The notes under the pieces were generated by a model. That model did no database searches. It saw nothing but the letters and a program-made list of their open reading frames with translations, and had not been told where the DNA came from. Below are positions 16,384 to 25,319 of a stretch of DNA of 62,577 nucleotides, one piece after another. Origin of the DNA: an archaeon (GTDB lineage Archaea; Nanobdellota; Nanobdellia; Pacearchaeales; UBA284). How positions within the stretch are numbered: the stretch's first letter is position 1; each line of letters starts with the position of its first letter. The position numbers and the translations under genes are program-made. The DNA is taken from NCBI GenBank assembly GCA_030612665.1, contig JAUWNL010000001.1:1-62577 (forward strand), in the 5' to 3' direction.

Positions 16384-19300
16384 TTATTCATATTTATTTT
16401 TTAATATTAAATGAGGAAAAATATGCAATGCTCCAAGCTCTTCGAGTAATAATTTTGAAGCATATGAAATTTCTATTGGCTCTAGACTCACTTGGCCACA
16501 AATAGGACAAACCTCGCGCTTTCTAATCCTGTCTTTAATTCCAAGGGCACCACATTGAGGGCAAACATAAGCAATAATATTATCAGAACCAAATCTTTCT
16601 TTTAATAGCAAAGAAGCTCCGTGAGCTACAAGAGCATCTTTTTCCATCTCCCCAAGTCTAAGGGCTCCGCCCTTAGCTCTGCCTTCAACAGGCTGACGAG
16701 TAAGTAAGGTGACTTTTCCAGAAGCTCTCATCTGTATTTTATTAGCCACCATATATTTTAACTTAAGATAATACATATTACCAATGAAAATCTTAGCCTT
16801 GAGAGGCTTGCCTGTCAAACCATCATATAAAGTTTCTTTTCCATCTGGTCTGAAACCAAGATCAAGAAGTTGATGCTCAATTTCCTCAATCTTTTGTCCA
16901 GAAAAAGGTGTTGCATCAACTGATTTTCCAGATAAACATCCAATTTTTCCAGCAAGTAATTCAATAAGATAACTAACAGTCATTCTGCTTGGAATTCCAT
17001 GAGGATTAAAAATTAAATCTGGTCTAACTCCCTTGGAAGTGAAAGGAATATCTTCTTCAGGGGCAATCAATCCAATGACTCCTTTTTGTCCGTGAGTTGT
17101 TGAAAATTTATCTCCAGGTTCAGGACTTCTATAATCTCTGGTTCTAACCTGGACAATCCTATTGCCTTCTTTATCAATTGTAATAAACACTGCGTCTATT
17201 GTTCCTTTTTCTCCTTGCCTTATAACAACACTGTTTTCTTTTTTAGACCTTGCCAAGCTTATCTCTTCCATTTCAAGCAAAAACTTTGGAGGGGAAGTCT
17301 TTCCAATAACAACCTCTTCTTCCTTTAGATTAGCTTCAGGATAAACAATTCCATCATCTTCAAGGAATTTGTAGGACTTTTCAGTTCTATAACCAGTTAT
17401 GTCTTTTGTAGGAATACAAAATTCATCTTTAAGATTTCCAGTATAACGCAATGCAACACTAGAATATGGTCTGAAATAAGTGCTCCTACTTAATCCTCTT
17501 TCAAGGCTTCCTTTGTTCATAACAAGGGCATCTTCAAGATTATATCCTTCATAAGGCAGAAGTGCGACAACCATGTTTTGTCCTGCTGGGTAAAAATTAG
17601 TTGCATCATAAAGAAAACTCCTTACAATAGGTTTTTGAGGATAATGCAAAATACTGACATCAGTATCAATAAGACTCTGAAAGTTTGCAGCATAAATCCC
17701 TAAAGATTGCTTCTGTGTCTTGCTTCCACGATTAAGTCTTGAAGCTCCGTCGTAGTTAGCAAAAGGAACAAGTCCAGTGATTAAACCAAGCATTGCGATA
17801 GAATCAATTTCAACATGAGTAGATGTAGATTCAATATTTTTTTTAGTCATTGCAATAAAACAATTATCTTCCTCAGCAGCATCAACATATTCAATAATTC
17901 CTTTAGTAATTAAATCATTCCAATTTAATTCCCCATTTTTAATATCTCTAATATGTTTCTTAGTCAACAAAGACTTTCCCTCTTTTACAACAACAAGTGG
18001 TCTCAACACACGTCCAGATTCACCACTTATTGTGATAATATTAGTAGACCTATCATGTCTGATACATAAATCGTGAGGAATCTCATCGCCTCTTCTTTTT
18101 TCTTTAAAACTTAAAAGAAAATTCCCAGCATCCTCGATACCACCAAGAAATTTTCCATTATAAAAAACATCAACATATCCTTTATTTATTTCTTTTTTCA
18201 ATCCAATTCCTTGAAGAAGAGAGATAAACTTTTTCTCATCAACCTCAATAAAGGTAGTTACTCTAGCAAGTAAAGCGAGATTTTTTCTGAGGCCAATCGG
18301 TGTTCCTTCAGGTGTCTCGATTGGACAGAATCTTCCAAAATGAGTAGGGTGTAATGTTCTTGCCTTGAAATTTTCTTGTTCACTAGGTAATAAACTAACA
18401 ACACGCTGGAGTTGAGAAAGGATAGATAATCTATTTGTTTTATCCATATTCTGGGTTGTTCCAGTTCTCTCCCCTACCCATGATCCAGTGGCTATTGCAC
18501 TTTTAATTCTATGAGAAAATAATGTTGATTTTGCCATGCTCTTCAGAGAATAAAATTTTTTCTTCTTTGCAATTTTTTGAAGACTGTGCTGCAAGTCACG
18601 AATAAAAATAGTCAAATTTAGCCTAAAAAGATCAAAAAGCAAATCCCCGCTCAATCTAACACGCTTGTTAGAATAATGGTCCTTGTCACTCACCATCTTC
18701 AATTCCTTGGTCATAACTAAAAAATATTTAATAAGTTTACATAAAGTCACAGCTTTTTCATATCTATCTTGTTGTTTTGTTCCAAGATGAGGCAACAGGG
18801 CAGAATCAATTCTGGTCTTGAGTCTATCAAGAACTTCTTTTTGTGTTCCCTGAATATTCATTTTTCCAGCCAAAGCAACAAGAGCTTCTTTTGAATCTTT
18901 GATAGAAGCATATTCATATAAATTAACAATAAAACTATCTGTCTCTCTTTCAATAAGATTTGCAATATCTTCATCGCGGGTAACACCAAGAGATTTAATT
19001 AAAAGTAAGGCAGGCAAATTTTTAAAACGAGAAAAAGAAACTAAAATCATCCCTTCATTTGTTTCAATAATAGAAATGGGGATTCTATAACTTCCTCGTT
19101 TAGAAAAAAGCCTTAGCATAGGTCCCTTTGTAGTTTTTTCAATAAATGGCTGGTTTGGAGCAAGATCTTCAATCATTACAAGAACTCTTTCATTTCCATT
19201 AATAATAAAATATCCTCCAGTATCATCCGGGTCTTCGTAATTTTCAACTAACTCCTCTCGAGACATGCCATAAAGATTACAGCATTTACTCTTAACCATG

Positions 19301-19818
19301 ATTGGAATCCTGCCAATTTCAACATTATTAAATTCCTTTCTATCAAGTCCGGTGCTAATTTCAAGAGTAACTGGAGCAGAATAAGTAAGCTTCCTTAACT
19401 TAGCTTCAATAGGCAATATAGTGTGGGAAGAACCATCTGCTTCAATAATGACTGGTTTCCCAACTTTAATTTTTCCAAGATTTAATTCAACTTCATCTTT
19501 AGAAATGTCCTCATTAATTGAATCAATAATTTGTTGGAGTCTTTTTTCAATAAAAGCATTATAAGAAGTAAGATTAGATTCAACAAGGGAATATTCTTTA
19601 AGGTATTTTTTAATAAGGATATGTTCTCTCTCTTCCTCTTCTTCCCCGCCTGCTTCTTCTTTCCCTTTTTCTTCTTCTTTCTCTACCTCTTCTTTTCCTT
19701 CCTCTCCTTTTCCTTTCTTTTCTTCTCCTTCTTTCTTTTCTTCTTCTTCTGGCTTTTCTCCTACTTTTTCTTTCTTATTTTCAATTTTCTTATTTTTCTC
19801 AGGTTCTACTTCAGCCAT
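16384..19818 (-). CDS. rpoB: DNA-directed RNA polymerase subunit B (unsplit) with ~65-aa E/K/G-rich N-terminal extension
   Basis: GDKFSTTHGQKGV, RMTVSYLIE and LRLGEMEKDAL motifs, plus the C-terminal zinc ribbon CPQCG...CPICG. Length is 1144 aa. Confidence 0.95.
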   Translation of the reverse strand: MAEVEPEKNKKIENKKEKVGEKPEEEEKKEGEEKKGKGEEGKEEVEKEEEKGKEEAGGEEEEEREHILIKKYLKEYSLVESNLTSYNAFIEKRLQQIIDSINEDISKDEVELNLGKIKVGKPVIIEADGSSHTILPIEAKLRKLTYSAPVTLEISTGLDRKEFNNVEIGRIPIMVKSKCCNLYGMSREELVENYEDPDDTGGYFIINGNERVLVMIEDLAPNQPFIEKTTKGPMLRLFSKRGSYRIPISIIETNEGMILVSFSRFKNLPALLLIKSLGVTRDEDIANLIERETDSFIVNLYEYASIKDSKEALVALAGKMNIQGTQKEVLDRLKTRIDSALLPHLGTKQQDRYEKAVTLCKLIKYFLVMTKELKMVSDKDHYSNKRVRLSGDLLFDLFRLNLTIFIRDLQHSLQKIAKKKKFYSLKSMAKSTLFSHRIKSAIATGSWVGERTGTTQNMDKTNRLSILSQLQRVVSLLPSEQENFKARTLHPTHFGRFCPIETPEGTPIGLRKNLALLARVTTFIEVDEKKFISLLQGIGLKKEINKGYVDVFYNGKFLGGIEDAGNFLLSFKEKRRGDEIPHDLCIRHDRSTNIITISGESGRVLRPLVVVKEGKSLLTKKHIRDIKNGELNWNDLITKGIIEYVDAAEEDNCFIAMTKKNIESTSTHVEIDSIAMLGLITGLVPFANYDGASRLNRGSKTQKQSLGIYAANFQSLIDTDVSILHYPQKPIVRSFLYDATNFYPAGQNMVVALLPYEGYNLEDALVMNKGSLERGLSRSTYFRPYSSVALRYTGNLKDEFCIPTKDITGYRTEKSYKFLEDDGIVYPEANLKEEEVVIGKTSPPKFLLEMEEISLARSKKENSVVIRQGEKGTIDAVFITIDKEGNRIVQVRTRDYRSPEPGDKFSTTHGQKGVIGLIAPEEDIPFTSKGVRPDLIFNPHGIPSRMTVSYLIELLAGKIGCLSGKSVDATPFSGQKIEEIEHQLLDLGFRPDGKETLYDGLTGKPLKAKIFIGNMYYLKLKYMVANKIQMRASGKVTLLTRQPVEGRAKGGALRLGEMEKDALVAHGASLLLKERFGSDNIIAYVCPQCGALGIKDRIRKREVCPICGQVSLEPIEISYASKLLLEELGALHIFPHLILKNKYE

Positions 19819-19841
19819 CTTATCCCAATAATAAATTAATT

Positions 19842-20075
19842 TTAATTAATTACAACACGAAAATAATCAATTTTCTGTCCTTTCTCGATACCTTTCCTTT
19901 CAATTTTTATAACATCCCCCACCTCACAATTCTCAGGCAATGCTGGATCTTTTTTTCTTATTTTAGGAAACTGCATTAAAGAAATATTCAGTCTCTTAAG
20001 TAAGGCTTCAACATCATCTTTACTTACCTTTGTATGTTTTGATTGCAATATATGCATTTTTAACAAATTTATCAA
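19842..20075 (-). CDS. rpoH: RNA polymerase subunit H (Rpb5 C-terminal domain homologue)
   Basis: HILQSKHTKVSKDDVEALLKRLNISLMQFPKIRKKDPA...GDVIKIER...YFRVV matches the RpoH consensus. It is the first gene of the rpoH-B-A operon. Confidence 0.9.
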   Translation of the reverse strand: MINLLKMHILQSKHTKVSKDDVEALLKRLNISLMQFPKIRKKDPALPENCEVGDVIKIERKGIEKGQKIDYFRVVIN

Positions 20076-20353
20076 ATTATTATCAAATTAAATAGTTTTG
20101 ACTATTGATTAGATATTGATTGTTATATAAACTAACAGGGTCTAACAGCAATGTATCAATAAATTGGGCTCGCTCAATAAAACTTATTTAAAAATTTTGA
20201 AGTTTAATTAATAATCTCTTGCTTAGAGACTTTAAAAACATTTCGGTTAACTTATATTTATAAAGTTTTCGTTACATGGCCCACAAACAAACAATAAAAA
20301 ACAATAAACAATATCTTATCTTTTGTCATTGCATAGTAATTAAAATAGAAAGG

Positions 20354-20363
20354 TTTATAAATA
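20354..20363 (+). promoter_or_regulatory. TATA-box-like element (TTTATAAATA) with purine-rich BRE-like stretch upstream, about 30 nt before the trmB-like ATG
   Basis: The sequence is AGAAAGGTTTATAAATAAG. Its spacing to the ATG at 20390 fits a leaderless or short-leader archaeal transcript. Confidence 0.4.
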
Positions 20364-20389
20364 AGATAGAATACGACACTGTACACAAA

Positions 20390-21184
20390 ATGGATAACAA
20401 AACAGATTTAATAAAGAAGATAAGATATCATTTTGGATTAAATATTTATGAAAGTAATGTATGGCTTGCTCTACTTAACAAAGGCTCAGCAAGTGTTGGT
20501 GAGATCGCTGAAATGAGCGGAGTTCCAAGAAGTCGAGTATATGATGTTCTAGAATCTCTTGAAAAACAAGGATTTGCAATAGCACAATTAGGAAAGCCAG
20601 TAAGATATATGGCAGTAAAACCAGGTATTGTTCTTGACAGACTTAAATCAAATATGCTCAAAGAAGCAGAAACTAGAATCAAACTTCTTTCAAACATAAG
20701 AACAACTGAAGAATATAGGAGACTTGAAACATTACATAACAAAGGAATTGAACCAATAAAACCAGAACAATTAAGTTCATATTTCAGAGGGAGAATAAAT
20801 ATTCATAGTCAAATAAAACATATGTTAAATGAAGCTGAAAAAGAAGTCATTCTTATAACAACCAGCACAGCATTAAAAAGAAAAATCTCCTTGCTCAAAC
20901 CAATTTTCAAAAAACTTAAAAATAATAATGTAAACATCGTTGTTGGAGCAACTCCAACTGAGAATAAAGGAAAAACATCAGGTAAAATTAATTTTACAAA
21001 AGAACTTGGAGTCCCAGTCAAGAAAATCAATATAAACACAAGATTCTGTGTTGTAGACGGCCATAACACACTCTTCATGATAACTCCAGACAAAGAAGAG
21101 GAAAATGATACAGCAATCCTAGTAAAAAGTCCTTTTTTCAGCAAAGCACTCTTAACATTTCTAAATGCAGCCTGGAAAAGATAA
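20390..21184 (+). CDS. TrmB-family transcriptional regulator
   Basis: wHTH LNIYESNVWLALLNKGSASVGEIAEMSGVPRSRVYDVLESLEKQGF. I trimmed the start to MDNKTD because the TATA-like element lies inside the longer ORF (20276). Confidence 0.8.
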   Translation: MDNKTDLIKKIRYHFGLNIYESNVWLALLNKGSASVGEIAEMSGVPRSRVYDVLESLEKQGFAIAQLGKPVRYMAVKPGIVLDRLKSNMLKEAETRIKLLSNIRTTEEYRRLETLHNKGIEPIKPEQLSSYFRGRINIHSQIKHMLNEAEKEVILITTSTALKRKISLLKPIFKKLKNNNVNIVVGATPTENKGKTSGKINFTKELGVPVKKININTRFCVVDGHNTLFMITPDKEEENDTAILVKSPFFSKALLTFLNAAWKR

Positions 21185-21185
21185 A

Positions 21186-21557
21186 ATGGAAGAAAAAGAC
21201 CCTATTGGTAAAATTTATAAAAGAACAGCAATATTCCTTGGTTTGAGCCTTTTGACAGTTTTATCTGCAGGAGGAATTATAAAATTATTAGAATCACAAC
21301 CAAGATACACTTTAGAACATAGAGATCTTACAGGTGATGGTAGAAAAGATTATTTTGTGACTTGTAATGCATCAAATAAAGAATGGGCACTAATTGCTCA
21401 GGAAGATGAATCTTTTAAAGAAGCTGAGATAAAAACACAAGATGGATGTCCTTTTTACTTTAGTAAAGATGGCTATTATGATTCATGGGGACATTATTTT
21501 TCCAACGACTCTACAGAAAAATTGAATCAAAGGACTAGAGAATTAATGATTAAATAA
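21186..21557 (+). CDS. Hypothetical membrane-anchored protein
   Basis: One N-terminal TM helix (AIFLGLSLLTVLSAGGII). It contains DLTGDGRKDYF, an FG-GAP/VCBS-like calcium-loop motif. The start is 1 nt after the trmB-like stop. Confidence 0.5.
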   Translation: MEEKDPIGKIYKRTAIFLGLSLLTVLSAGGIIKLLESQPRYTLEHRDLTGDGRKDYFVTCNASNKEWALIAQEDESFKEAEIKTQDGCPFYFSKDGYYDSWGHYFSNDSTEKLNQRTRELMIK

Positions 21558-21569
21558 TTAAAAAATAAA

Positions 21570-22064
21570 ATGGCATCAATAAATTTTGAAGCTGAAAGAA
21601 AACTTGAAGAAAGAAGTTATAGGAGTCTTGAAGGCAAGATGGCAAGTTTAGAGATTAAACCAGACCAGGAACATGGTGACCATCAAATTATATTCTATTG
21701 TAGAAGGAAAGAAATTGATGAAAAAACAAAAGAAGAACAAGATATATTATCTCCAGAGTATATTATCTATGGTGTAGAAAAAAATGATATTGAGAATCTT
21801 TATAATTTTTTACAATTAAACAAACAATTTAGTTTTGGTAAAGGTAGAAAGTTCCATAAAGAAGGAAAAGACATTGATTTACTTGGTCCAGTTAAAATAA
21901 TCAAAGAAATTAATCGTAATATGAGATACAATTTAATAACTCAAGTAGAAGAGCCACAAGGTTCTGGTTCTTGGTTCAAAGAATATGAAATCAACAATAT
22001 TTCTTTTGAAAACATAGAAAAAATAAAACAATCCATAAAAAATTATTCTCTTTCAATAAAATAA
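21570..22064 (+). CDS. Hypothetical protein (164 aa)
   Basis: An ORF with coding-like composition in the same-strand string after trmB. I recognise no family. Confidence 0.45.
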   Translation: MASINFEAERKLEERSYRSLEGKMASLEIKPDQEHGDHQIIFYCRRKEIDEKTKEEQDILSPEYIIYGVEKNDIENLYNFLQLNKQFSFGKGRKFHKEGKDIDLLGPVKIIKEINRNMRYNLITQVEEPQGSGSWFKEYEINNISFENIEKIKQSIKNYSLSIK

Positions 22065-22065
22065 A

Positions 22066-22428
22066 ATGACTACTGAAATAAAAAAGAATGTTTTATATGA
22101 TTCTCGTGGAGAATTGATTTCAAGTCCACACTTTAAAAAATTTATGAATATTATGAACGCATCCATAATAAAAAACAGAGGATTTTGTCCTCCATCCATG
22201 TATATTTTGTATGACGAAAAAGGAAATGTTATTGCAAGCCCTTCTAAAGAATTATTTAAAGAACTTGGAGATCCCAAAGAAAGAAAATATGTGGCCGGTC
22301 CAAAAACAGAAGAGGAATACTTAGAACTAATGGGAATTAAATTTCTTTATGATTCAAAGGATAAAATTATTTACAAACACTTTCCTAAGATTGAAAGACC
22401 AAGCATATCGTGGCTTACAAAAAAATAA
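22066..22428 (+). CDS. Hypothetical protein (120 aa) with three internal LYD-x-xG/K-x-(I/V)I repeats
   Basis: The start is 1 nt after the previous stop. The repeats are LYDSRGELISSP, LYDEKGNVIASP and LYDSKDKIIYKH. Confidence 0.45.
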   Translation: MTTEIKKNVLYDSRGELISSPHFKKFMNIMNASIIKNRGFCPPSMYILYDEKGNVIASPSKELFKELGDPKERKYVAGPKTEEEYLELMGIKFLYDSKDKIIYKHFPKIERPSISWLTKK

Positions 22429-22499
22429 AGATTGATAAAACTAATAAAAAAAGAGAGAAACAAATAAGAAAAATAAAAAAAATAAAAAATAAAACTTTC

Positions 22500-22835
22500 T
22501 TATTTCTTAGCTAGGCTAAATACAGACTTTAGAGCGACTATTACTGTTGCTGGTACGAACAATGTCAAAATGTTATTAAAAATAGCACTTAAGTAAGGTA
22601 CTGTAGCAAAAACATTACCGCTCAAAGCACTAATAATAACTAAGATTGTACCTGCAAGTAAGAATGGTTGTATTTCTTTGTCAGTTATATTAAGTAAACC
22701 AACAATAATACCTAAAACTAAAAGTATCCATACAAGCCAGTTTCCTGTTACTGTAATAAATCCAAAGACTATTGCTAAGATAAGACCTATAAGAAAAGCC
22801 CATGCACCAATTGTACCTGTTTTCCTTTTTGGCAT
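22500..22835 (-). CDS. Small integral membrane protein (3-4 TM helices)
   Basis: The sequence is hydrophobic throughout (GAWAFLIGLILAIVFGFITV, WLVWILLVLGIIVGLL, FLLAGTILVIISAL). Confidence 0.6.
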   Translation of the reverse strand: MPKRKTGTIGAWAFLIGLILAIVFGFITVTGNWLVWILLVLGIIVGLLNITDKEIQPFLLAGTILVIISALSGNVFATVPYLSAIFNNILTLFVPATVIVALKSVFSLAKK

Positions 22836-22962
22836 TTTATTTATTACCTCCTTTGATATTTATTTTATAATATATACTTTTTAAGTATAATAATCCTATC
22901 AAGAACCAGGGCTTTTTAAAGGTTATCCAAACTTTAGTCTAGCATTTAAGGTGAAAAGATGA

Positions 22963-23334
22963 TTAAGAAGTTCTAGAGACATATTCCTCAGTTGCTTTTA
23001 TAATTTTCTTGGCTTCATCTGGAAATATTTTTTTACAGTTCTCAATATAATGTCTCATATTCTTCCCTTTTCTAAAGAAAAGGTTTTTCTCTGTTCTTTT
23101 GCTCTTAACTATTTCTAACTTAGACAAACGAGCCAGGCTACTACAAACACCAGCATTCCAATGAAGAAATCCAGGATAAGGTCTTGTATTAGAAAGATCA
23201 AAATTTACTCCAATATTCTCTAATTTTTCTGAAATGTCATTAACTACCTTCATCAATTTATTTTCTGTAACTTTCTGGTGTGCTAGAGAAAGATAAATTA
23301 CAGCTATGATTGATGGACTATATAATTTTTCCAT
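22963..23334 (-). CDS. Hypothetical protein (123 aa)
   Basis: I trimmed the 172-aa ORF to MEKLYSPS.... The first 49 codons of the track ORF are the antisense read-through of tRNA-Cys. Confidence 0.45.
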   Translation of the reverse strand: MEKLYSPSIIAVIYLSLAHQKVTENKLMKVVNDISEKLENIGVNFDLSNTRPYPGFLHWNAGVCSSLARLSKLEIVKSKRTEKNLFFRKGKNMRHYIENCKKIFPDEAKKIIKATEEYVSRTS

Positions 23335-23383
23335 AATCTTCTTAGATATCTTCAATTTAAAATAATTATTGTGATAAAAGACA

Positions 23384-23456
23384 AGCGCGGGGAGGGACTC
23401 GAACCCTCGAATAGTCGGGTTGCAGCCGACTGCCGTAGCCGCTGAGCCACCCGCGC
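23384..23456 (-). tRNA. tRNA-Cys (GCA), 73 nt, no encoded CCA
   Basis: The reverse complement folds as a cloverleaf. Acceptor GCGCGGG/CCCGCGC, anticodon stem GTCGG/CCGAC with loop CTGCAAC, T-arm GAGGG-TTCGAGT-CCCTC, and discriminator U73. It forms a GC-rich island in AT-rich DNA. Confidence 0.9.
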
Positions 23457-23591
23457 ATCGGCTGCAACAATCAAGAATCAAGGCTTTTTAAATTTTTTAT
23501 CATATCCAGAAGACTTTTCTCTTGAGTTTATTATCAGATAGAAATAAATTCATTCTATGTTTAGAAATTATAATTATCTACTATAATAAAG

Positions 23592-23708
23592 TGGGTCCAA
23601 CGTGACTCGAACACGCAACCCCTAGCTATCTTCGTTTTCTCTCCAGGGTCTCTTTCCTAAAGAGAGCCTTTAGAAGGCTAGTGCTCTATCCAATTGAGCT
23701 ATGGACCC
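23592..23708 (-). tRNA. tRNA-Arg (TCT) with a ~43-nt intron at the canonical 37/38 position (about 23628..23670)
   Basis: Acceptor GGGTCCA/TGGACCC and D-arm GCTC-AATTGGATA-GAGC. The anticodon stem CTAGC/GCTAG is interrupted after CTTCTA. T-arm GCGTG-TTCGAGT-CACGT. The mature length would be 74 nt. Confidence 0.85.
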
Positions 23709-23738
23709 AAGAGAACATGTGGTTTTTTATTTTTAAAA

Positions 23739-24449
23739 TTACCTATTAGTGTTATTTCTATTAAAATTATGGACATTAGAAAAAGACATGCTTTGATTAA
23801 ATAAAGTACTTTGGTTTTTACCATGTGTTTTAGCATACTTCAAAGCTATATTTGCTTTATCAAATAAATCATCTTTGCTCCCAGATTCATTTATTGGCAT
23901 GAATTTCTTATAAAGATTTTTACTTTTATCAAAAATACTCTTCGCCTGAGCCTGCTCGCCATTATTCTCGCAGGCAATACCAGCACTAATCGTCAAGTTA
24001 TATGATTTCAAAAAAGGATCATTTAGTACCATAGTTCTCAGTCTTTCAGCCATCTCTTTTGCCCTATCGATTTTTGTTTCAGGAAGTAAAACAGTAAACT
24101 CTTCTCCTCCAAATCTTGCAGGAACATCAGTGTCTCTGACATTGTTTCTGATAATAGATGAAACCCTCTTCAGCATCTCATCACCCATTTTATAACCATA
24201 TTTATCATTAATCTTCTTAAAATCATCAATATCGACGAGAATCATGGCAATAGCCCTCTTGTATCTTTGAGCAATAGCAACCTCATGCTTTACTTGTGTT
24301 TCAAAATATCTAGAATTATATAAATTAGTTTTTGTATCTCTAGTAGCTAATCGATAAAGCTTGGCAACTTCCTGCATATTATACTGGAATTTTTTTTCAG
24401 GCCTGGTTGTAAGTGCCTTCTTGACCTTTCTAACAATCTTCTTAATCAT
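23739..24449 (-). CDS. GGDEF-domain protein (diguanylate cyclase homologue) with RxxD I-site
   Basis: LVDIDDFKKINDKYGYKMGDEMLK...RDTDVPARFGGEEFTVLLPET...ISAGIA...ALKYAKTHGKNQ. I trimmed the start to MIKKIV because the longer ORF (to 24542) would overlap the divergent tatD start. Confidence 0.85.
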   Translation of the reverse strand: MIKKIVRKVKKALTTRPEKKFQYNMQEVAKLYRLATRDTKTNLYNSRYFETQVKHEVAIAQRYKRAIAMILVDIDDFKKINDKYGYKMGDEMLKRVSSIIRNNVRDTDVPARFGGEEFTVLLPETKIDRAKEMAERLRTMVLNDPFLKSYNLTISAGIACENNGEQAQAKSIFDKSKNLYKKFMPINESGSKDDLFDKANIALKYAKTHGKNQSTLFNQSMSFSNVHNFNRNNTNR

Positions 24450-24521
24450 CTTAAAAAATAATAAATTTAATACAAAAAAGATGTTCGATATGTTTAAAAA
24501 TTTAACCCTTTTCACAATATT

Positions 24522-25310
24522 ATGATAGATTGCCATTGCCATCTAGAACAAAAGCAATATCAAGAAAACAGAGAAAAGATTATTCAAGAATCAAAAAAAG
24601 AACTCAAAGCTATAGTAACTTGTGCAGCACATCCTAAAGACATTCAACTCACAATAGACCTTACAAAAAAACACAAGAAATTTATTTTCGCAGCCCTTGG
24701 AATTCATCCAACATACATAAAAGAAATAACAGAACAAGAAATAGAAGCAGCAATCAAAGAAATAAAGAAAAACAAAGATAATATTGTTGCAATAGGAGAA
24801 ACAGGCCTTGATTATCATTGGATAAAAGAACCAGAAGCGAGAGAAAAACAGAAAATTCTTTTTAAAAAACTCATCACTCTTGCAAAAGAACTTGACAAAC
24901 CTTTAGTCATTCATAGTTGGGATGCAACAGCAGAAACAATAAATATCTTAGAACAACAAGGAATGAAAAATAAAAAAGTCCTCATGCATCTTTTCTCAGA
25001 TAGAAAAGTTATTCAAAAAGTCATAGAAAATGGCTGGCTAGTTTCAATTGGACCAGGAATAAAGAAAAGCAAGGATATAAGAAAAATAGCAAGAGATACT
25101 CCCCTAAATAAAATCTTGCTCGAAACAGACTCGCCATGGTTTCAACAAGAAGACCAAGAATATGGAATTCCTAACAATGTCAAAATCCCTTGTCAAAAAA
25201 TCGCTGAAATAAAACAAGTTTCACTTGCAGAAGTTGAAAAACAAACAGATTTAAATGCAATTAACTTTTTCAATCTGAAAATAGAAAGATTTAAAAAGAT
25301 TGTATCATAA
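24522..25310 (+). CDS. tatD: TatD-family metal-dependent hydrolase/DNase
   Basis: MIDCHCHL metal-binding start, GETGLDYHW, VIHSWDA and ETDSPW motifs. Confidence 0.9.
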   Translation: MIDCHCHLEQKQYQENREKIIQESKKELKAIVTCAAHPKDIQLTIDLTKKHKKFIFAALGIHPTYIKEITEQEIEAAIKEIKKNKDNIVAIGETGLDYHWIKEPEAREKQKILFKKLITLAKELDKPLVIHSWDATAETINILEQQGMKNKKVLMHLFSDRKVIQKVIENGWLVSIGPGIKKSKDIRKIARDTPLNKILLETDSPWFQQEDQEYGIPNNVKIPCQKIAEIKQVSLAEVEKQTDLNAINFFNLKIERFKKIVS

Positions 25311-25319
25311 AGTATACAT

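Noticed and set aside
19531-19839. A 102-aa plus-strand ORF rich in F/L/S
   Set aside because: It is antisense to the E/K-rich N-terminal extension of rpoB and is a low-complexity artefact.
22963-23481. A 172-aa ORF in the track whose N-terminus reads MILDCCSRCAGGSAATAVGCNPTIRGFESL
   Set aside because: The first 49 codons are simply the antisense translation of tRNA-Cys (23384..23456) and its flank. I kept only the part from MEKLYSPS (22963..23334).
23739-24542. Long form of the GGDEF ORF, starting at 24542
   Set aside because: It would overlap the divergent tatD start (24522) and consume the TATA-like region of tatD. The internal Met (MIKKIV, 24449) is more plausible, but the longer form with a hydrophobic N-terminus cannot be excluded.
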